IMG/VR virus record: IMGVR_UViG_3300037961_004224
Location: 62,254-126,253 of that record
Direction: 5' to 3' (one strand)
Source: a virus
DNA: 64,000 bases
Shown here: positions 10,861 to 22,113 of the stretch, in pieces
Numbering within the stretch: position 1 is the first letter of the stretch
Layout: each line of letters opens with the position of its first letter
Notes under the pieces: model-generated
What the model saw: the letters and a program-made list of their open reading frames with translations, nothing else
Told to the model about the DNA's origin: nothing
The model's database searches: none
Translations under genes and position numbers: made by a program

Positions 10861-10875
10861 TTTTATTCTCCTATG

Positions 10876-13800
10876 TTATACAACCGGTTGTCCACCATCA
10901 ATGTTTGAATTATTGGCTGCTATTTGGTTAGCAACTTCATCAAATATCTGATCTTGGAATTCTTTTCTGAATTCTGCTAATAGTTGACCACCGTTTAGAA
11001 TAACATTTACATCAATAGGTTCTGAATTAAGTGTTATATTTATATCTGGTAATGATTCAAGTTTAGTAGCAGCGGCCAACAACTCGGTTGCGAATGTTGA
11101 AGTATTTAACATCTCGACTGCTTGTACAAACTTTGCAGTTGGGTCTTGAGTTCCTGCGGCAGTAGGTGCTTGTTGAATTTCTTGTTGTTGTTGCTGTTGT
11201 TTTTGCTGTTGTAATTGTTGATTTTTCTTTAAGTCGGTTTGTTCTTGCGTTATTTGTTTTGCTTGTGCTTCATTTTTTTGTTTGTTTAATTGTGCTGCTT
11301 CTTGTTGTTGTTGTGCGGCAACTTGCTCAGTACCGCCTAACCTTTGTATTCTTCCAGAGCCTGTGTCAATTCTTTGCGAAAGCCCTTGTCTTGCTTTCAG
11401 ATTTATAAGCTCTTTGTTTTGTTCCTCACTAAGCGGCCCTACAGTTTGTTTTAGCTCTGATAGTCTACTTGCATCTTTTTCACCAAAACCACCCTTTTCT
11501 TCAAGTAATTTTTTACGGTTTGCTTGTGCTCTTTGTTCTTTTTCAAGATCCGCTAATCTTCTGGTTCTCTTTCTTGGGTCTCTTGCTTCTGCTGCTATTT
11601 GTTTTTCTCTGGCTCTGGCTTGTCTGTTTTGACTAGACCTGAGCTTGAAAGATTTATTTGCTATATCAACATCTTCCTGTTCCAAAAGACCAGCTTTAAC
11701 TAATTCTGCCTGTGTACGTGGCTTTTCGCCTGCTTTGGCAGCACGCTTCGCTTCTTGTTCTCTTGCCGCTACAACAGCCCTTCTTGAATCACCAACAAGT
11801 CCTCCAGTTTCTGCACCAGCTATTCTTCCAGTAAAATCTGGTCCAAGAAGTTCTTTCGTAACTTGAAGATCTGCGTCTTGTTGGCTTATTCTTCGTATAG
11901 ATCTAAGATTTCCAACAGCGACTTTTGCTGCGGGTTGTTGTCTTGCTGCTGCATTAGCTCGATCCTTTTCTCTTGCAGCATCAATTTCTGCTTGTTTATC
12001 AGCCTCAATTTTGGCTTTAACTGCTGCACCGAAATCATCATCCGTTTCTATGCCATCAATAGGTTTTAAGTTTAAATCTGCCACTACCTTGTCTGCCGCT
12101 GCCTGATCTTCTGCTTGTCTTTTCCTAACTTTAGCTTCTTCTGGACCGGGAGTTGCCCCAACACCAACCACTCTACGCTGACCGGTTGCTGGCTGTTGCT
12201 TCCTTGCTACATCAAGCCTCATGATTTGACCACCAGCAGCATCTCCGATTCCGTCTGGCCTTTGTGGTTCAATAACCGGAGTTCTTTGCTCAACTGGCAT
12301 AAACCTTGGAGCACTTTTTTCGGCCTCTGCTTGTAGTCGTTCTGCTTCTACAGTCGCAGCAGACTTGTCACCTCTAAGTTTGCTTTGAAGTGCAGTCAAT
12401 TTATCTTTGTCTTCAGTCAGTAAAGGTGCTCTTCCTGCTTTAAATTCTTGTGTGAGTATTTCTGCTGTTCCAAGTTTTTGTGCTTGGTCTGCTAGTCTGG
12501 TTTGATCTGGGGTCAATCCTAGCTTGCTAACATCTTCTCCTGCTCTTATTTTATCAATAGTATCTTTGAACTGCTTAGGATCTGTAAATGTTGATTTTAA
12601 TTCTTTTTCTGTTTCAAGCCGTTTGTCTCGTGCTGACTTTTCACCCTTTGCTTCTGCTTTAAGCTCGCCTTCAATAGCTTTTCTATTTCTATTTGATTCT
12701 TGCTCTTGTGCTTGCTGTGCTTTAACTTGATTAAGATTCTTATCAGCTTCTTCAAACTTCTTGGTTGCTTTATCTATAGCGGGGTCCATTGTTTCTAATT
12801 TGGCTGTAACAGAATCTAATGCTGCCTGAGCTTTTTCGGTTTCAAGATTACCTTTTCTAGTTGCCAAAGCACTATCTATAATTTTATCAGCCTGAGATAT
12901 AAAATCTTGTGTTGTTCCTCCAGCAGCCTGAGTATCTTTTAAAGCACTTGCTAATTTTGACTGAAGATCTAATTGAAACTTTGTTCCTGCACTGTCTGTA
13001 TCTGTAACATCAATTTCACCAAACCCAGCCTGAGCAGCATTCAATGCCAATTGGTCTGTAAGTTGAAAAGCATCTGAAGAAGTAATATCGCCAGCTTTTG
13101 TAGTTTGTGCAGCACGACCAGCAGCCGAACCTTGGAAAGCACCAGTAACAAGTTCTTTATCAAAACCAGTTCCAGCTTGACCAAGACCAACAAGAAAATC
13201 AAAAGCACTGCCTTTTGAACTATCAACTCCAGTTGCTTGGTCTACAGCTTTGTTTCTTTCCTGATCTAACTTTTTAGCCTCCTTAACATTAGCTTCCTCC
13301 TCTTTTTTCTGCTTTTTAAGATCAGATTTCTGTTGCGTCAAATCTATCTGCTCTAACTGTGCAAGACGTTTTTCACTAAGTGCAAGCAAAGCTTCTTCTC
13401 TGTCTCTTAAAGATGCAAAAGCTTCACCAGCCGTAGCAAGTGCTTCTGTGGTTTTTATTATTTCCTGTCGATAAAGAATTTGCTGATCTTGCAGAAGCTT
13501 GGTATTTTGATCAGTGCTTCCTTTTATAAGTTCCGCTTGTTTGTCAACTATTGATTGGAATTCAGATATCAAATCTTTTTCTTGTTTCGTTTCACCTTTG
13601 ACTGTTGCACCCGGACCATCTGCACGCCCAAGCACAGCGTCAACAGCACCAGCACCCAATCCTAAGTTGCTAAACAAATCACGACCACCTTGCTGGAAAT
13701 TAGCAAGACTGGTTTCAAGGAAATCACCAACTTCTTTATCTGATGCATCTCGACCTGTTCGATCTTTAAATTGCTGTCTAAATGCAGTTGCAGCGATTCC

Positions 13801-16800
13801 TTGATCATCAAATAAATCTTGTTGAAGTGCTGCACCTTCTTGTACGCTAATAGCTTGGCCACTAGCAACCTTACTAGCAGCAATAAATGGTCTTTGAATA
13901 TCATTTAAAATTCTATTAACGTCTTTTTGACTTCTAGCACCACTAAGCTGACTTAATCCAGCCTGTAATCTTTGTCGTTGGCTCAATCTACTTTCTTGTA
14001 TTGAACTTAATTTAGACTCAATAGCACTCAATCTGGCGGTTTCATTGGTTTGTTCTTCTATCGCACGTTTTGTGCCTTCAAGTGCAGCAATAGTATTTCC
14101 AAGCTCATCTACAAGAGCACCTTCACCAGCTTCTCTAGCTGCGGCTATTGCATCGTCTGCATTTTCTGTATCAACACCAACTGTTTCACCTATACGATCC
14201 AGCAAGCCTTTTCTAATTTCTTCAAGACCCGCTCTTCTTTCAAGCAAATCAATGTTTCCAGTTGGACCAGCACCAACGGTTCCAAGATTAACTCCTCCAA
14301 CGTTTGCGGTTCCAGAACCACCAGCATTAAGTAGTATAGATGTTCTGTCTGCCAACCTTTGATTAGCTAACTGTAATGGATCTGCACCACCAGTTCTAAA
14401 TTGAGATAGTCTATCTTGTGCATCAGCACGTCTTCCTTGTATTTCAAGTTCAGCATTTGCTCTTTCTCTTGATGCTGTTACAATTAGATTGGCACTGTTT
14501 ATTATTGCTTGATTTAATTGATTTAAAGAATTAGTTATACTTTCTAAGTTTTGTGCTGCCTGTTGGCTCAACTGAGAGAAAGCACCTTGTATATCTCCAA
14601 GTTCTCCAAGTTTTGCTTTTACTCCTTCAACGCCAAGAGGGTCTCCACCTTGTCTTAGTCCTACAAAAATACCTTCCAAAGAAGCCATAAATTGTTTCTT
14701 GACAGGTTCTGAAAGCCCACTAAATATGTCACCTTCTGCATTGATATTATTAACCAATGTATCTTTAACATCTTCAAAAGTAAATTCTCCACCAGCACGC
14801 TCAATTTGATCTACAGTATCTTTTAGGGCTTGAGGTAATCTATTTCCAAGAGCTATGGTGTCTGGTAAATCGGCAAAGTCTTCAGCGTCTCCACCAACGG
14901 CACGTCTTACTCTTTCAACACCGGCTGATAATTCTTCTCTTGATCTTCCTCTTCCTCCACCAGCGAATACATTAGCTCTACCTACTGCTTGTGCTTGTTG
15001 AGTAGTGCTGAGTATTCTACTTACTTCATTTTGAACGTTTTGTGCTGTGGTAGTAAAGTCTGATACTATGTTTGCAACCCTTTGATCCAAGTCTTGTAGT
15101 GCAGCAGCAAATGCATCTAGACCTTGAACTTGAGCCAACAGCAGATCATTAACTATTCTTTGCTTTTGTTCAGCAGCAATTTGTGCGGCTATAGAATCTC
15201 TAACAGAAGATATATAATTTTGAGTAGAATTGACAAGTGTTGATAGCTCTGTGGAAGAAACACCAGCAGCTTTAGCTACCTTATTTAATACTTCTGGATT
15301 TTTCTCAATAGCTTTCTGGAAACTTTCGATATCTGTTATGCCCAGATTAAGACCTGAAATCGCATTTCCAGTTTGTGCATTAAGATTGCTTATTAGTCTT
15401 TTGCTTGCTAACTTTCCAGACTCTTCAAATCCTTTACCAGCATTTATTCCTGCTATAAAGTCTGCGGCAGATGTTTTACCTGCTGCGAAAAATGCATCTA
15501 ATTTTCCTTTACGACCGCTTGCTTCACCAGCAGCCGATATTTGATCAAACTGTTCGTTTAATGTTTTTGCGGCAGATACAGCTTGTGTTCCAGCCAATGC
15601 TTTAAATGCTTCTAGCTGTGCAGAGAATTGTTTTGTGCCATCGCTTGCACCTTCTAATGCCTTAAACAGATCATCAAGACTTGCGTCTGCACCCAATGCT
15701 GCTATATCTGTAACCTGATCAATATTCAAGGAATTAGCAAGTGCTGGACCAAGTGCTTCAAAAGTTACTGTCGCTTTTTGTAAAGCCGCATCTGGTATTG
15801 CCGCAAGAGTTTGTTGAAAATCTTCAGCACCTTGTAATTGAACAGAAGCATTTAATTTTTTTGCAGCATTTCTTGCCCTAGCATCAACATCAATTCCAAC
15901 TAACTCCGCTGCTCCTTTTTTAACATCAAGGATAAATGTACTGACAGCACCAGTAACGCCACCCATCTCTTGTGCAGCCTTACGCATCTGTTGATCAGCT
16001 AAAAGAGTAATATCAAGGAGTCCACCTATACTATTAGCAAATCCTTCTATGCCAGTTCCTTCTGCTTGTGCTAAAGTTTTTCCAACCAAATCAAAGCCCT
16101 GAGCAAACTGATCTGAAAACTTAGCAAAACCATCTACCACTCCACCAACACCAAGATCAGATCCAATACCCCCAACGGCTGCATTGCCCATCTGTCTACC
16201 GCTAACTCTTAGATTTCCCAATCTTTGTGTTGTGGTTGTTACTGCGGAGGTCAAGCCTCTGGCACTTTTAGTTACAGCGTCTAAAGCATCAGCATCTTTA
16301 AATCCTTTTTCAGCAAGTTTGTCTAAAGCTTTTTCAAGTTCCAAACCAGCAGTCTGTGCGTCTTGTAATGTCTCAAATTTTAATTGTTGTTTTAATCCAC
16401 CAAGAGCACCGTCAATAGCACCTGTTATACCTCCAATAGCAGCAAGCAAAGGAGTGAGAACCACCGCTGCTGGCCCCGTAAGACTTCCAATTGCTGCACC
16501 TGTCGCAGCACCTGATATAGCACCTTTAGCAGCACCAGTAATTCCTGCGGTTTTTAAACCTCCTTGTTCAGCACTAAATCCAGCAACTCCTGCAATTTGT
16601 TTTCTTTTACCTACAGTAGCTTCAGTAACACCATCAACAATGGCATCTCCAAATATACTTGCAACAATGGCGGCTATACCCGCTGGTCCTCCAGCAAGTT
16701 TAGGAGCAGAAGCAGCAAGTCTTGTTGATCCTGCGGCTGCTCTTCCTAGACCGGCTGTTGGAACTTTACCGGCTACTCGTGCTCCACCTCTGGCTGCCGA

Positions 16801-19800
16801 TGCCGCTGCATTTGCTTGCCTTGCTCTTTGTGCAGCATCAATAGCTGCTCGTTGGCTTCCACCACCTCTACCGAACAAACGCCTACGGGCTGCTTTACCT
16901 TTTGCTCTAGCTGTTGCTTGCTGACTAGCTTTAACACCAGCTTCTCTTCCAAGAAGTTCTTTGCCGACGACAATTGACCTTTGACCCGATTTACTGGTCG
17001 CGGAGATAGTTCTACCTTTCGGTGTTTTCCCAGTCCGACCAGCAATTCTAGCTTTTTCCAAAGTTTCCGGGCCTTTTCGTCCTACAAACTTTTGTAATCC
17101 CGCTTCTCTTCTAGCGAGTGTTGATCGAGACTTGGCCAATCTATCATTTGCTAATTTAGATTTATCTAAACCAGCAGCTAATGATTTTGCACTTCCTGTG
17201 CCTTTAGAAATTTCTGCTGCATTTGCTTTTATTGCCGCACCAAATTGTTTTAACTGAGGCCCAAGAAGTAAAGCAGTCAATCCAGCGTTCATAAGGTTTG
17301 ATTTAAATTCTTCTGCTGAATTAGAAGAAGCAAGCATTGCAGCTTCAAAACCTACAAAAGCTGCTGTTCCGGGGTCTTGCTTTATAGCACGACCAACACC
17401 TTTTACAACACCGCCAACTGCAAGCCCTTGTCTTCTAGAATCAATAGCTTTCATAGTAGAAGCAGGAAGAACAAACGTACCAGCATCAAGTGATGTTTTT
17501 ATACTATCAGAAGTACCAGTTCCGGGACCAGAAACTCTGTCGATAGGAAGATTGGCAACAGAATCAATTGCAGAACCAAATCCTTTTCTTGCTTTTTCTA
17601 GATCTCTTAAATTGCCAGCCGCAACTTTAGGATCTACAAGACCTTCTCCATCAGATATAGCTACTGGAACTTTTCCTCTTCCGGGTATTTCCATTCCTTC
17701 GGCAGCAGAAAATGAACCAAGGCCAGTAATCTTTTTATTAGCTACATAATTACCTGTCTTTTTAAATATACTTGTGACATTACCTTTACTAGCACTTCTT
17801 TTTGCGTCTGCCGCCACAAGATTTTGTATTCTTGTTGCGTCAACACCAAAAAAATCACCCAAGGCTTCTGTTTTTATACCTCTACCGCCCCTAAAGTCAA
17901 AGTCAAATACAGCACCAGAGCTTTGTGGAGTAATCTTTCCAATCGCGGATACTATGCTTTCTAAAAGAAATCCTTGTATGCTTGCACCAGCAGAATTTAC
18001 TCTGCTACCCTTTTTTGTTTTTTCTTTTTGAAATAAAGGCTTAACCGCTCTATTAATTTGTGATTGACTAAGATTTAAATCTGTTGCTGGATCTCCTATT
18101 TTTAAAGAAGGAGATTTCAGAGCAGCATCTAGTGCAGCTTCCATACCCTTTTGAGAAGCTTCTCTTGTTTCTTTGTCAATACCGCTTCTGATATCATTTT
18201 CTGAAGCAATAAATCTTGCCATGCTACCAGCAATTGCAACTTTATTTAAATCTTTGGTATCAAAACCCTGTTTGCTTAAAGATGCTTTAGCCTTTGATAC
18301 TAAAGCTTTTTGGACTGCTTGATTTGTTGGAGTAATTCCTCCACTGCCAACATTATCTGTACCGTCAGTGCCATTTGGTGGAACGAGATATAGTCCACCA
18401 AATTTGTTTGCAGCAACGTTAAATCTTGCTGTTTTTATTGATTTTTTAGTCTCTTTAGCAGCAGCAGCAGCTTTTTGATTGGCTTTAGGACTTAAAGATT
18501 GTCTATATTCTGATTTTAAAGCTAAAAATTGTTTCGATGAAAGATTTTCAAGTGCATCAACTCCAGCACCTCCTTTGGGAAAACCTTTGCCTTGAATGAA
18601 CTTACTAAAACCAGTGGTAAGCTGAACTGGTTTTTTTGCATTAGGAGCATTATTAAGTTTGAATAGATCATCAAAAACTGTTTTTCCTTCAGAAAGACTT
18701 TTGGCAGCCCTTGAAGCCAATCCACCTATTCTCATATTCTTTCTTTTATAAGCTCTGCCTCCACCGGGGAATTGTTGTCTAACATCTTTTTTGGGTATAA
18801 CAGCTTCTCCACCTTCAAGGAGTGCAAGAACACCACCTTGTGCATGTGAAGGTCCGTCAACAAAACCACCTTTTCCAAACTTTGGAATTTTACCACCAGC
18901 GGCACGCCTTCTTCTTCCTCTTCCACCAAAAGTGATAGCACCACCACCAGCGGTGGCTGCTCTTAATTGAGGAGGTAAAGCTTTGATAGCCCCCGTCAAA
19001 GCTACGGCTTGCTTGCTTAGATTAACAGCATTTGTATTAAGACTTGTAGCTGTTGACTTCAAAGACTTTATGGAACTGTTCAGTGACTTTAATGCAGTAG
19101 TATTAGAGTTTAAAGCTGTGATGTTTTTTTGTATTGCGGCAGTGGCTTGTTTTTTTGCAGATTTTGATGCAGCGTCTTCGCCTCTTCCTGAACCAGTTAA
19201 AGCACCAGATATTCCCCTGCCAACGCCTCCTGAACCTCCACCTTTTCTTATTCCTCCTATAAAGCCTTGAGCAAATTGAAAAACCCCACCAGTTAATTTT
19301 ACTGCTGCCAAAGCTGTAAGTGCTGGAAGTATAGGTCTTAGTGCATCGGCAAGTGTTACAAAAGCATTAGCCGCACCTATTGCAAACTTAGCTAGATTTT
19401 GAAAAGTAGCAGATTCTGATATATCACGAATTAGCTTTCCAAACCTTTGTTGTAGCTGCTCTATCTGAACACTAAGTGTTTGTGTAGCTAATGCAACATC
19501 TTTCGTAATACTTTCAGTTCCCTGTAAAGCAACTTGTCTTGCACGTTCTGCTTTTTCAAAGTTTCTAAGTGCTGGCAACAATTTACCAACTTGACGAACA
19601 CCACCAAGTTCTTCAACTAATTTTGCAACCTGAAGAGTATCTAGACCTTTTAATCCAGAAGATATCTTTTTCAAAGCTTCAAAAATACCAACAAATTCAC
19701 CTTCTGCAATACCAAGTCTTTTTGCATCTTCTGCTGTAGCACGCAACCTAATACCAAACTGTTCTAAGAACTTAATAGTTTGAGGTCTTTGTACACGAGT

Positions 19801-20787
19801 AAAAATTGTTCTTAAACCAGTAGCAATCGTGTCAGCAGATTCACGAGTTGTAGATCTAACAGCAGTAAAGATACCTATTAACTCACGAAGTCTTTCTTCT
19901 GGTGCTCCAAGCTGTTGGCTAGATGCAGCAAATACACCACCAGCACGACGAATAACAGATATAAGATCATCAGACTCAACAGCAAAACTTTTAGATACAG
20001 AGTTCAAAGAACCCAATATAGACTCAAGCCTACCTGCCTCTATTCCGAATTGATTCAATGCAGCGATTGCACCCTCAGTAGTTTGCTGTATATCTCCAAA
20101 AGTAGGTGCTAACGATGCTTTAGCAACAGCCTTTAAAGATTTTTCTACCTGATTCAATGATTGACCAGTTTGTGCAAAAGTACGAGCAACACCAAGAAGC
20201 TCATTAGCATTGAGTCCGAGTCCAGTAGCAAGACTGTCAATAGTTTGTCTTAGTCCAGCTAAATCTTTGCCTGCCCTTCCAGTGACCTGTGTTATTTTTA
20301 CAAGCTCTCGTTCAAACTTTATAGCTTCACTTGTTGCTTGAGTTATTGCTCTGGTAAAACCAAAGATAACTCCAGTAGCAATAGAAAATGCCGCGAATCT
20401 ACGAACAGCAAGTGCAGCATCTTTACCAAAAGCCTGAATTTGACTTCCAGCAACTTTTGAAGAGGCAGCGGTTTTATCCAAGCTTTTATTTATTTGATTT
20501 GTTGCAGAAGTAACTTTATTTGCTGAAGTAGCGACTCCAGCACCAGAAGCAGCAAGTCTTGTTAATTGAGATGAGGTTCCTTTAGCGGTAGCATTTAATT
20601 TTGTTAAATTGCTGTTTAAAGTATTCAATTGCTTGTCTATATTTGTAAGACCAGCCAATGAGCCTTTATCAACCTTAACTCTCACAGGAACGCTGATATT
20701 AGAAAGCTGTTTTTGTATACTGCTTCTAACTTTTGCAATGTTCTTTGGACCGCTAAGTACTACAGCCGCATTTATGTTAAATGACAT
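10876..20787 (-). CDS. Tail tape measure protein, 3303 aa
   Basis: N-terminal TP901-like TMP core (FERELVKITQVTG…ESDDLISVIRRAG…TADTIATGLRTIF-like segments); Ala/Gly/Gln-rich helical body; motifs GGFVDGPSHAQGGV and GPGTGTSDSI; located after the tube and chaperone genes. Confidence 0.92.
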   Translation of the reverse strand: MSFNINAAVVLSGPKNIAKVRSSIQKQLSNISVPVRVKVDKGSLAGLTNIDKQLNTLNSNLTKLNATAKGTSSQLTRLAASGAGVATSANKVTSATNQINKSLDKTAASSKVAGSQIQAFGKDAALAVRRFAAFSIATGVIFGFTRAITQATSEAIKFERELVKITQVTGRAGKDLAGLRQTIDSLATGLGLNANELLGVARTFAQTGQSLNQVEKSLKAVAKASLAPTFGDIQQTTEGAIAALNQFGIEAGRLESILGSLNSVSKSFAVESDDLISVIRRAGGVFAASSQQLGAPEERLRELIGIFTAVRSTTRESADTIATGLRTIFTRVQRPQTIKFLEQFGIRLRATAEDAKRLGIAEGEFVGIFEALKKISSGLKGLDTLQVAKLVEELGGVRQVGKLLPALRNFEKAERARQVALQGTESITKDVALATQTLSVQIEQLQQRFGKLIRDISESATFQNLAKFAIGAANAFVTLADALRPILPALTALAAVKLTGGVFQFAQGFIGGIRKGGGSGGVGRGISGALTGSGRGEDAASKSAKKQATAAIQKNITALNSNTTALKSLNSSIKSLKSTATSLNTNAVNLSKQAVALTGAIKALPPQLRAATAGGGAITFGGRGRRRRAAGGKIPKFGKGGFVDGPSHAQGGVLALLEGGEAVIPKKDVRQQFPGGGRAYKRKNMRIGGLASRAAKSLSEGKTVFDDLFKLNNAPNAKKPVQLTTGFSKFIQGKGFPKGGAGVDALENLSSKQFLALKSEYRQSLSPKANQKAAAAAKETKKSIKTARFNVAANKFGGLYLVPPNGTDGTDNVGSGGITPTNQAVQKALVSKAKASLSKQGFDTKDLNKVAIAGSMARFIASENDIRSGIDKETREASQKGMEAALDAALKSPSLKIGDPATDLNLSQSQINRAVKPLFQKEKTKKGSRVNSAGASIQGFLLESIVSAIGKITPQSSGAVFDFDFRGGRGIKTEALGDFFGVDATRIQNLVAADAKRSASKGNVTSIFKKTGNYVANKKITGLGSFSAAEGMEIPGRGKVPVAISDGEGLVDPKVAAGNLRDLEKARKGFGSAIDSVANLPIDRVSGPGTGTSDSIKTSLDAGTFVLPASTMKAIDSRRQGLAVGGVVKGVGRAIKQDPGTAAFVGFEAAMLASSNSAEEFKSNLMNAGLTALLLGPQLKQFGAAIKANAAEISKGTGSAKSLAAGLDKSKLANDRLAKSRSTLARREAGLQKFVGRKGPETLEKARIAGRTGKTPKGRTISATSKSGQRSIVVGKELLGREAGVKASQQATARAKGKAARRRLFGRGGGSQRAAIDAAQRARQANAAASAARGGARVAGKVPTAGLGRAAAGSTRLAASAPKLAGGPAGIAAIVASIFGDAIVDGVTEATVGKRKQIAGVAGFSAEQGGLKTAGITGAAKGAISGAATGAAIGSLTGPAAVVLTPLLAAIGGITGAIDGALGGLKQQLKFETLQDAQTAGLELEKALDKLAEKGFKDADALDAVTKSARGLTSAVTTTTQRLGNLRVSGRQMGNAAVGGIGSDLGVGGVVDGFAKFSDQFAQGFDLVGKTLAQAEGTGIEGFANSIGGLLDITLLADQQMRKAAQEMGGVTGAVSTFILDVKKGAAELVGIDVDARARNAAKKLNASVQLQGAEDFQQTLAAIPDAALQKATVTFEALGPALANSLNIDQVTDIAALGADASLDDLFKALEGASDGTKQFSAQLEAFKALAGTQAVSAAKTLNEQFDQISAAGEASGRKGKLDAFFAAGKTSAADFIAGINAGKGFEESGKLASKRLISNLNAQTGNAISGLNLGITDIESFQKAIEKNPEVLNKVAKAAGVSSTELSTLVNSTQNYISSVRDSIAAQIAAEQKQRIVNDLLLAQVQGLDAFAAALQDLDQRVANIVSDFTTTAQNVQNEVSRILSTTQQAQAVGRANVFAGGGRGRSREELSAGVERVRRAVGGDAEDFADLPDTIALGNRLPQALKDTVDQIERAGGEFTFEDVKDTLVNNINAEGDIFSGLSEPVKKQFMASLEGIFVGLRQGGDPLGVEGVKAKLGELGDIQGAFSQLSQQAAQNLESITNSLNQLNQAIINSANLIVTASRERANAELEIQGRRADAQDRLSQFRTGGADPLQLANQRLADRTSILLNAGGSGTANVGGVNLGTVGAGPTGNIDLLERRAGLEEIRKGLLDRIGETVGVDTENADDAIAAAREAGEGALVDELGNTIAALEGTKRAIEEQTNETARLSAIESKLSSIQESRLSQRQRLQAGLSQLSGARSQKDVNRILNDIQRPFIAASKVASGQAISVQEGAALQQDLFDDQGIAATAFRQQFKDRTGRDASDKEVGDFLETSLANFQQGGRDLFSNLGLGAGAVDAVLGRADGPGATVKGETKQEKDLISEFQSIVDKQAELIKGSTDQNTKLLQDQQILYRQEIIKTTEALATAGEAFASLRDREEALLALSEKRLAQLEQIDLTQQKSDLKKQKKEEEANVKEAKKLDQERNKAVDQATGVDSSKGSAFDFLVGLGQAGTGFDKELVTGAFQGSAAGRAAQTTKAGDITSSDAFQLTDQLALNAAQAGFGEIDVTDTDSAGTKFQLDLQSKLASALKDTQAAGGTTQDFISQADKIIDSALATRKGNLETEKAQAALDSVTAKLETMDPAIDKATKKFEEADKNLNQVKAQQAQEQESNRNRKAIEGELKAEAKGEKSARDKRLETEKELKSTFTDPKQFKDTIDKIRAGEDVSKLGLTPDQTRLADQAQKLGTAEILTQEFKAGRAPLLTEDKDKLTALQSKLRGDKSAATVEAERLQAEAEKSAPRFMPVEQRTPVIEPQRPDGIGDAAGGQIMRLDVARKQQPATGQRRVVGVGATPGPEEAKVRKRQAEDQAAADKVVADLNLKPIDGIETDDDFGAAVKAKIEADKQAEIDAAREKDRANAAARQQPAAKVAVGNLRSIRRISQQDADLQVTKELLGPDFTGRIAGAETGGLVGDSRRAVVAAREQEAKRAAKAGEKPRTQAELVKAGLLEQEDVDIANKSFKLRSSQNRQARAREKQIAAEARDPRKRTRRLADLEKEQRAQANRKKLLEEKGGFGEKDASRLSELKQTVGPLSEEQNKELINLKARQGLSQRIDTGSGRIQRLGGTEQVAAQQQQEAAQLNKQKNEAQAKQITQEQTDLKKNQQLQQQKQQQQQQEIQQAPTAAGTQDPTAKFVQAVEMLNTSTFATELLAAATKLESLPDINITLNSEPIDVNVILNGGQLLAEFRKEFQDQIFDEVANQIAANNSNIDGGQPVV

Positions 20788-20871
20788 TTTGCTACCCCAT
20801 AAGCAAAAAGCGACCCTTCTCGAAACAAGTTATTATTTCAAGTAAAAAGGTCGCTTATCCGAGTGTTACGC

Positions 20872-21783
20872 CTAAGCACTTGCTTCGGCTTTTTTACGTG
20901 TCCGTCTTTTTGGCTTTGGCTTTTCTTCTGCTTTTACTTTTTCTGGTTTTGGTCTGTCAGAATAATCCGATTCATCAATTACTTTACCAGAATCATCCAA
21001 GAAGCCTTCAAATTCAACTTCAAAATCACCATCTTCATTAAGTGGTCTTCCGTTCACGTCAACTTTTACAAACTCAGTATCAGAAGTCCACTTTATATAA
21101 TTTCCAAATTCATCAATATGCTTTCCCTCGGTGTCAACAAGTCTTCCGTTATCATCAACAAGGTTATAATCTTCATTGGCAAACTTGTATTTTTTCAAAA
21201 ACTTATTTTCTGCAAGCTTAGAATCTACATCATCCGAGTCAGAAATAAGGTAGAAAAACTCAGTTGCACCTACCCCTGCTACTGGATCTTCCTGATTCAA
21301 AAGGTAATCGCCAAGGCCATTCTTAAAAAATTGTTCATCTGTATCATTATACACCAAGCAGTTGGCAAAAAGGAAATTAAACCTTACAGAATCGGCCTTT
21401 CCTTCGCAGGTATTTGAATCCAAATCTGTTCTAGAAGATAGCATTTCGACCATTTCTGATCTCTTTCTACGCATGGATATAGCTATTTCTTTTGCATCAG
21501 ATAGTGAAATACCACCTTTGGCAAGTTTATATTCACCATCAATAACTTCTTGTCTTAAAATTTGATATCTTGATTCTCTATCATCAGACCACAACTTACG
21601 CTTTCTAAGCTCTTCATCAAGCTGATCTCTCAGCATTGTTCCAGCAGCAAGCTCCTCATTGAAGGTCTTTCTCCTCATTTCATTTGCTTTTGTAAGTTCT
21701 TGCATAGTTGGTCTTCTGACTGCATATTTAACACCATCAACCTCAAAAACTCTACGATCTTCTAATTTTTCAACTTTAGGCAT
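20872..21783 (-). CDS. Putative tail assembly chaperone, 303 aa
   Basis: Directly upstream of the TMP; charged, with a Lys-rich C-terminus. Confidence 0.5.
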   Translation of the reverse strand: MPKVEKLEDRRVFEVDGVKYAVRRPTMQELTKANEMRRKTFNEELAAGTMLRDQLDEELRKRKLWSDDRESRYQILRQEVIDGEYKLAKGGISLSDAKEIAISMRRKRSEMVEMLSSRTDLDSNTCEGKADSVRFNFLFANCLVYNDTDEQFFKNGLGDYLLNQEDPVAGVGATEFFYLISDSDDVDSKLAENKFLKKYKFANEDYNLVDDNGRLVDTEGKHIDEFGNYIKWTSDTEFVKVDVNGRPLNEDGDFEVEFEGFLDDSGKVIDESDYSDRPKPEKVKAEEKPKPKRRTRKKAEASA

Positions 21784-21795
21784 AACAATAACTCC

Positions 21796-22113
21796 TTATT
21801 TATCCTTTTCAGTTCCAGTAACATCAAAATTCATCACATAACGATTCCAATGAAAACTATATTGTGCTAACTCATTTTGTGCTGCTCTTAAATTAGAGCC
21901 GCCATTATCTAATATTTTTACTCTAGCCTTTTTCCAAAGTCTTCTTATATTCTTTTGTTGGTCTGTAAGGTCATCTACAGGTAAACCATGCCCCCAAAGA
22001 TGCCCTAACTCTTCTTCAAAAACAGCCAATGACCCTATAATGGTTGTGTTGAATTTCTTTTCTAAATTATTAAATAATCTTTTTTTAGAAAATTCATTGT
22101 ATTTTTCACTCAT
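21796..22113 (-). CDS. Hypothetical tail-region protein, 105 aa
   Basis: ORF track; co-oriented within the operon. Confidence 0.65.
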   Translation of the reverse strand: MSEKYNEFSKKRLFNNLEKKFNTTIIGSLAVFEEELGHLWGHGLPVDDLTDQQKNIRRLWKKARVKILDNGGSNLRAAQNELAQYSFHWNRYVMNFDVTGTEKDK

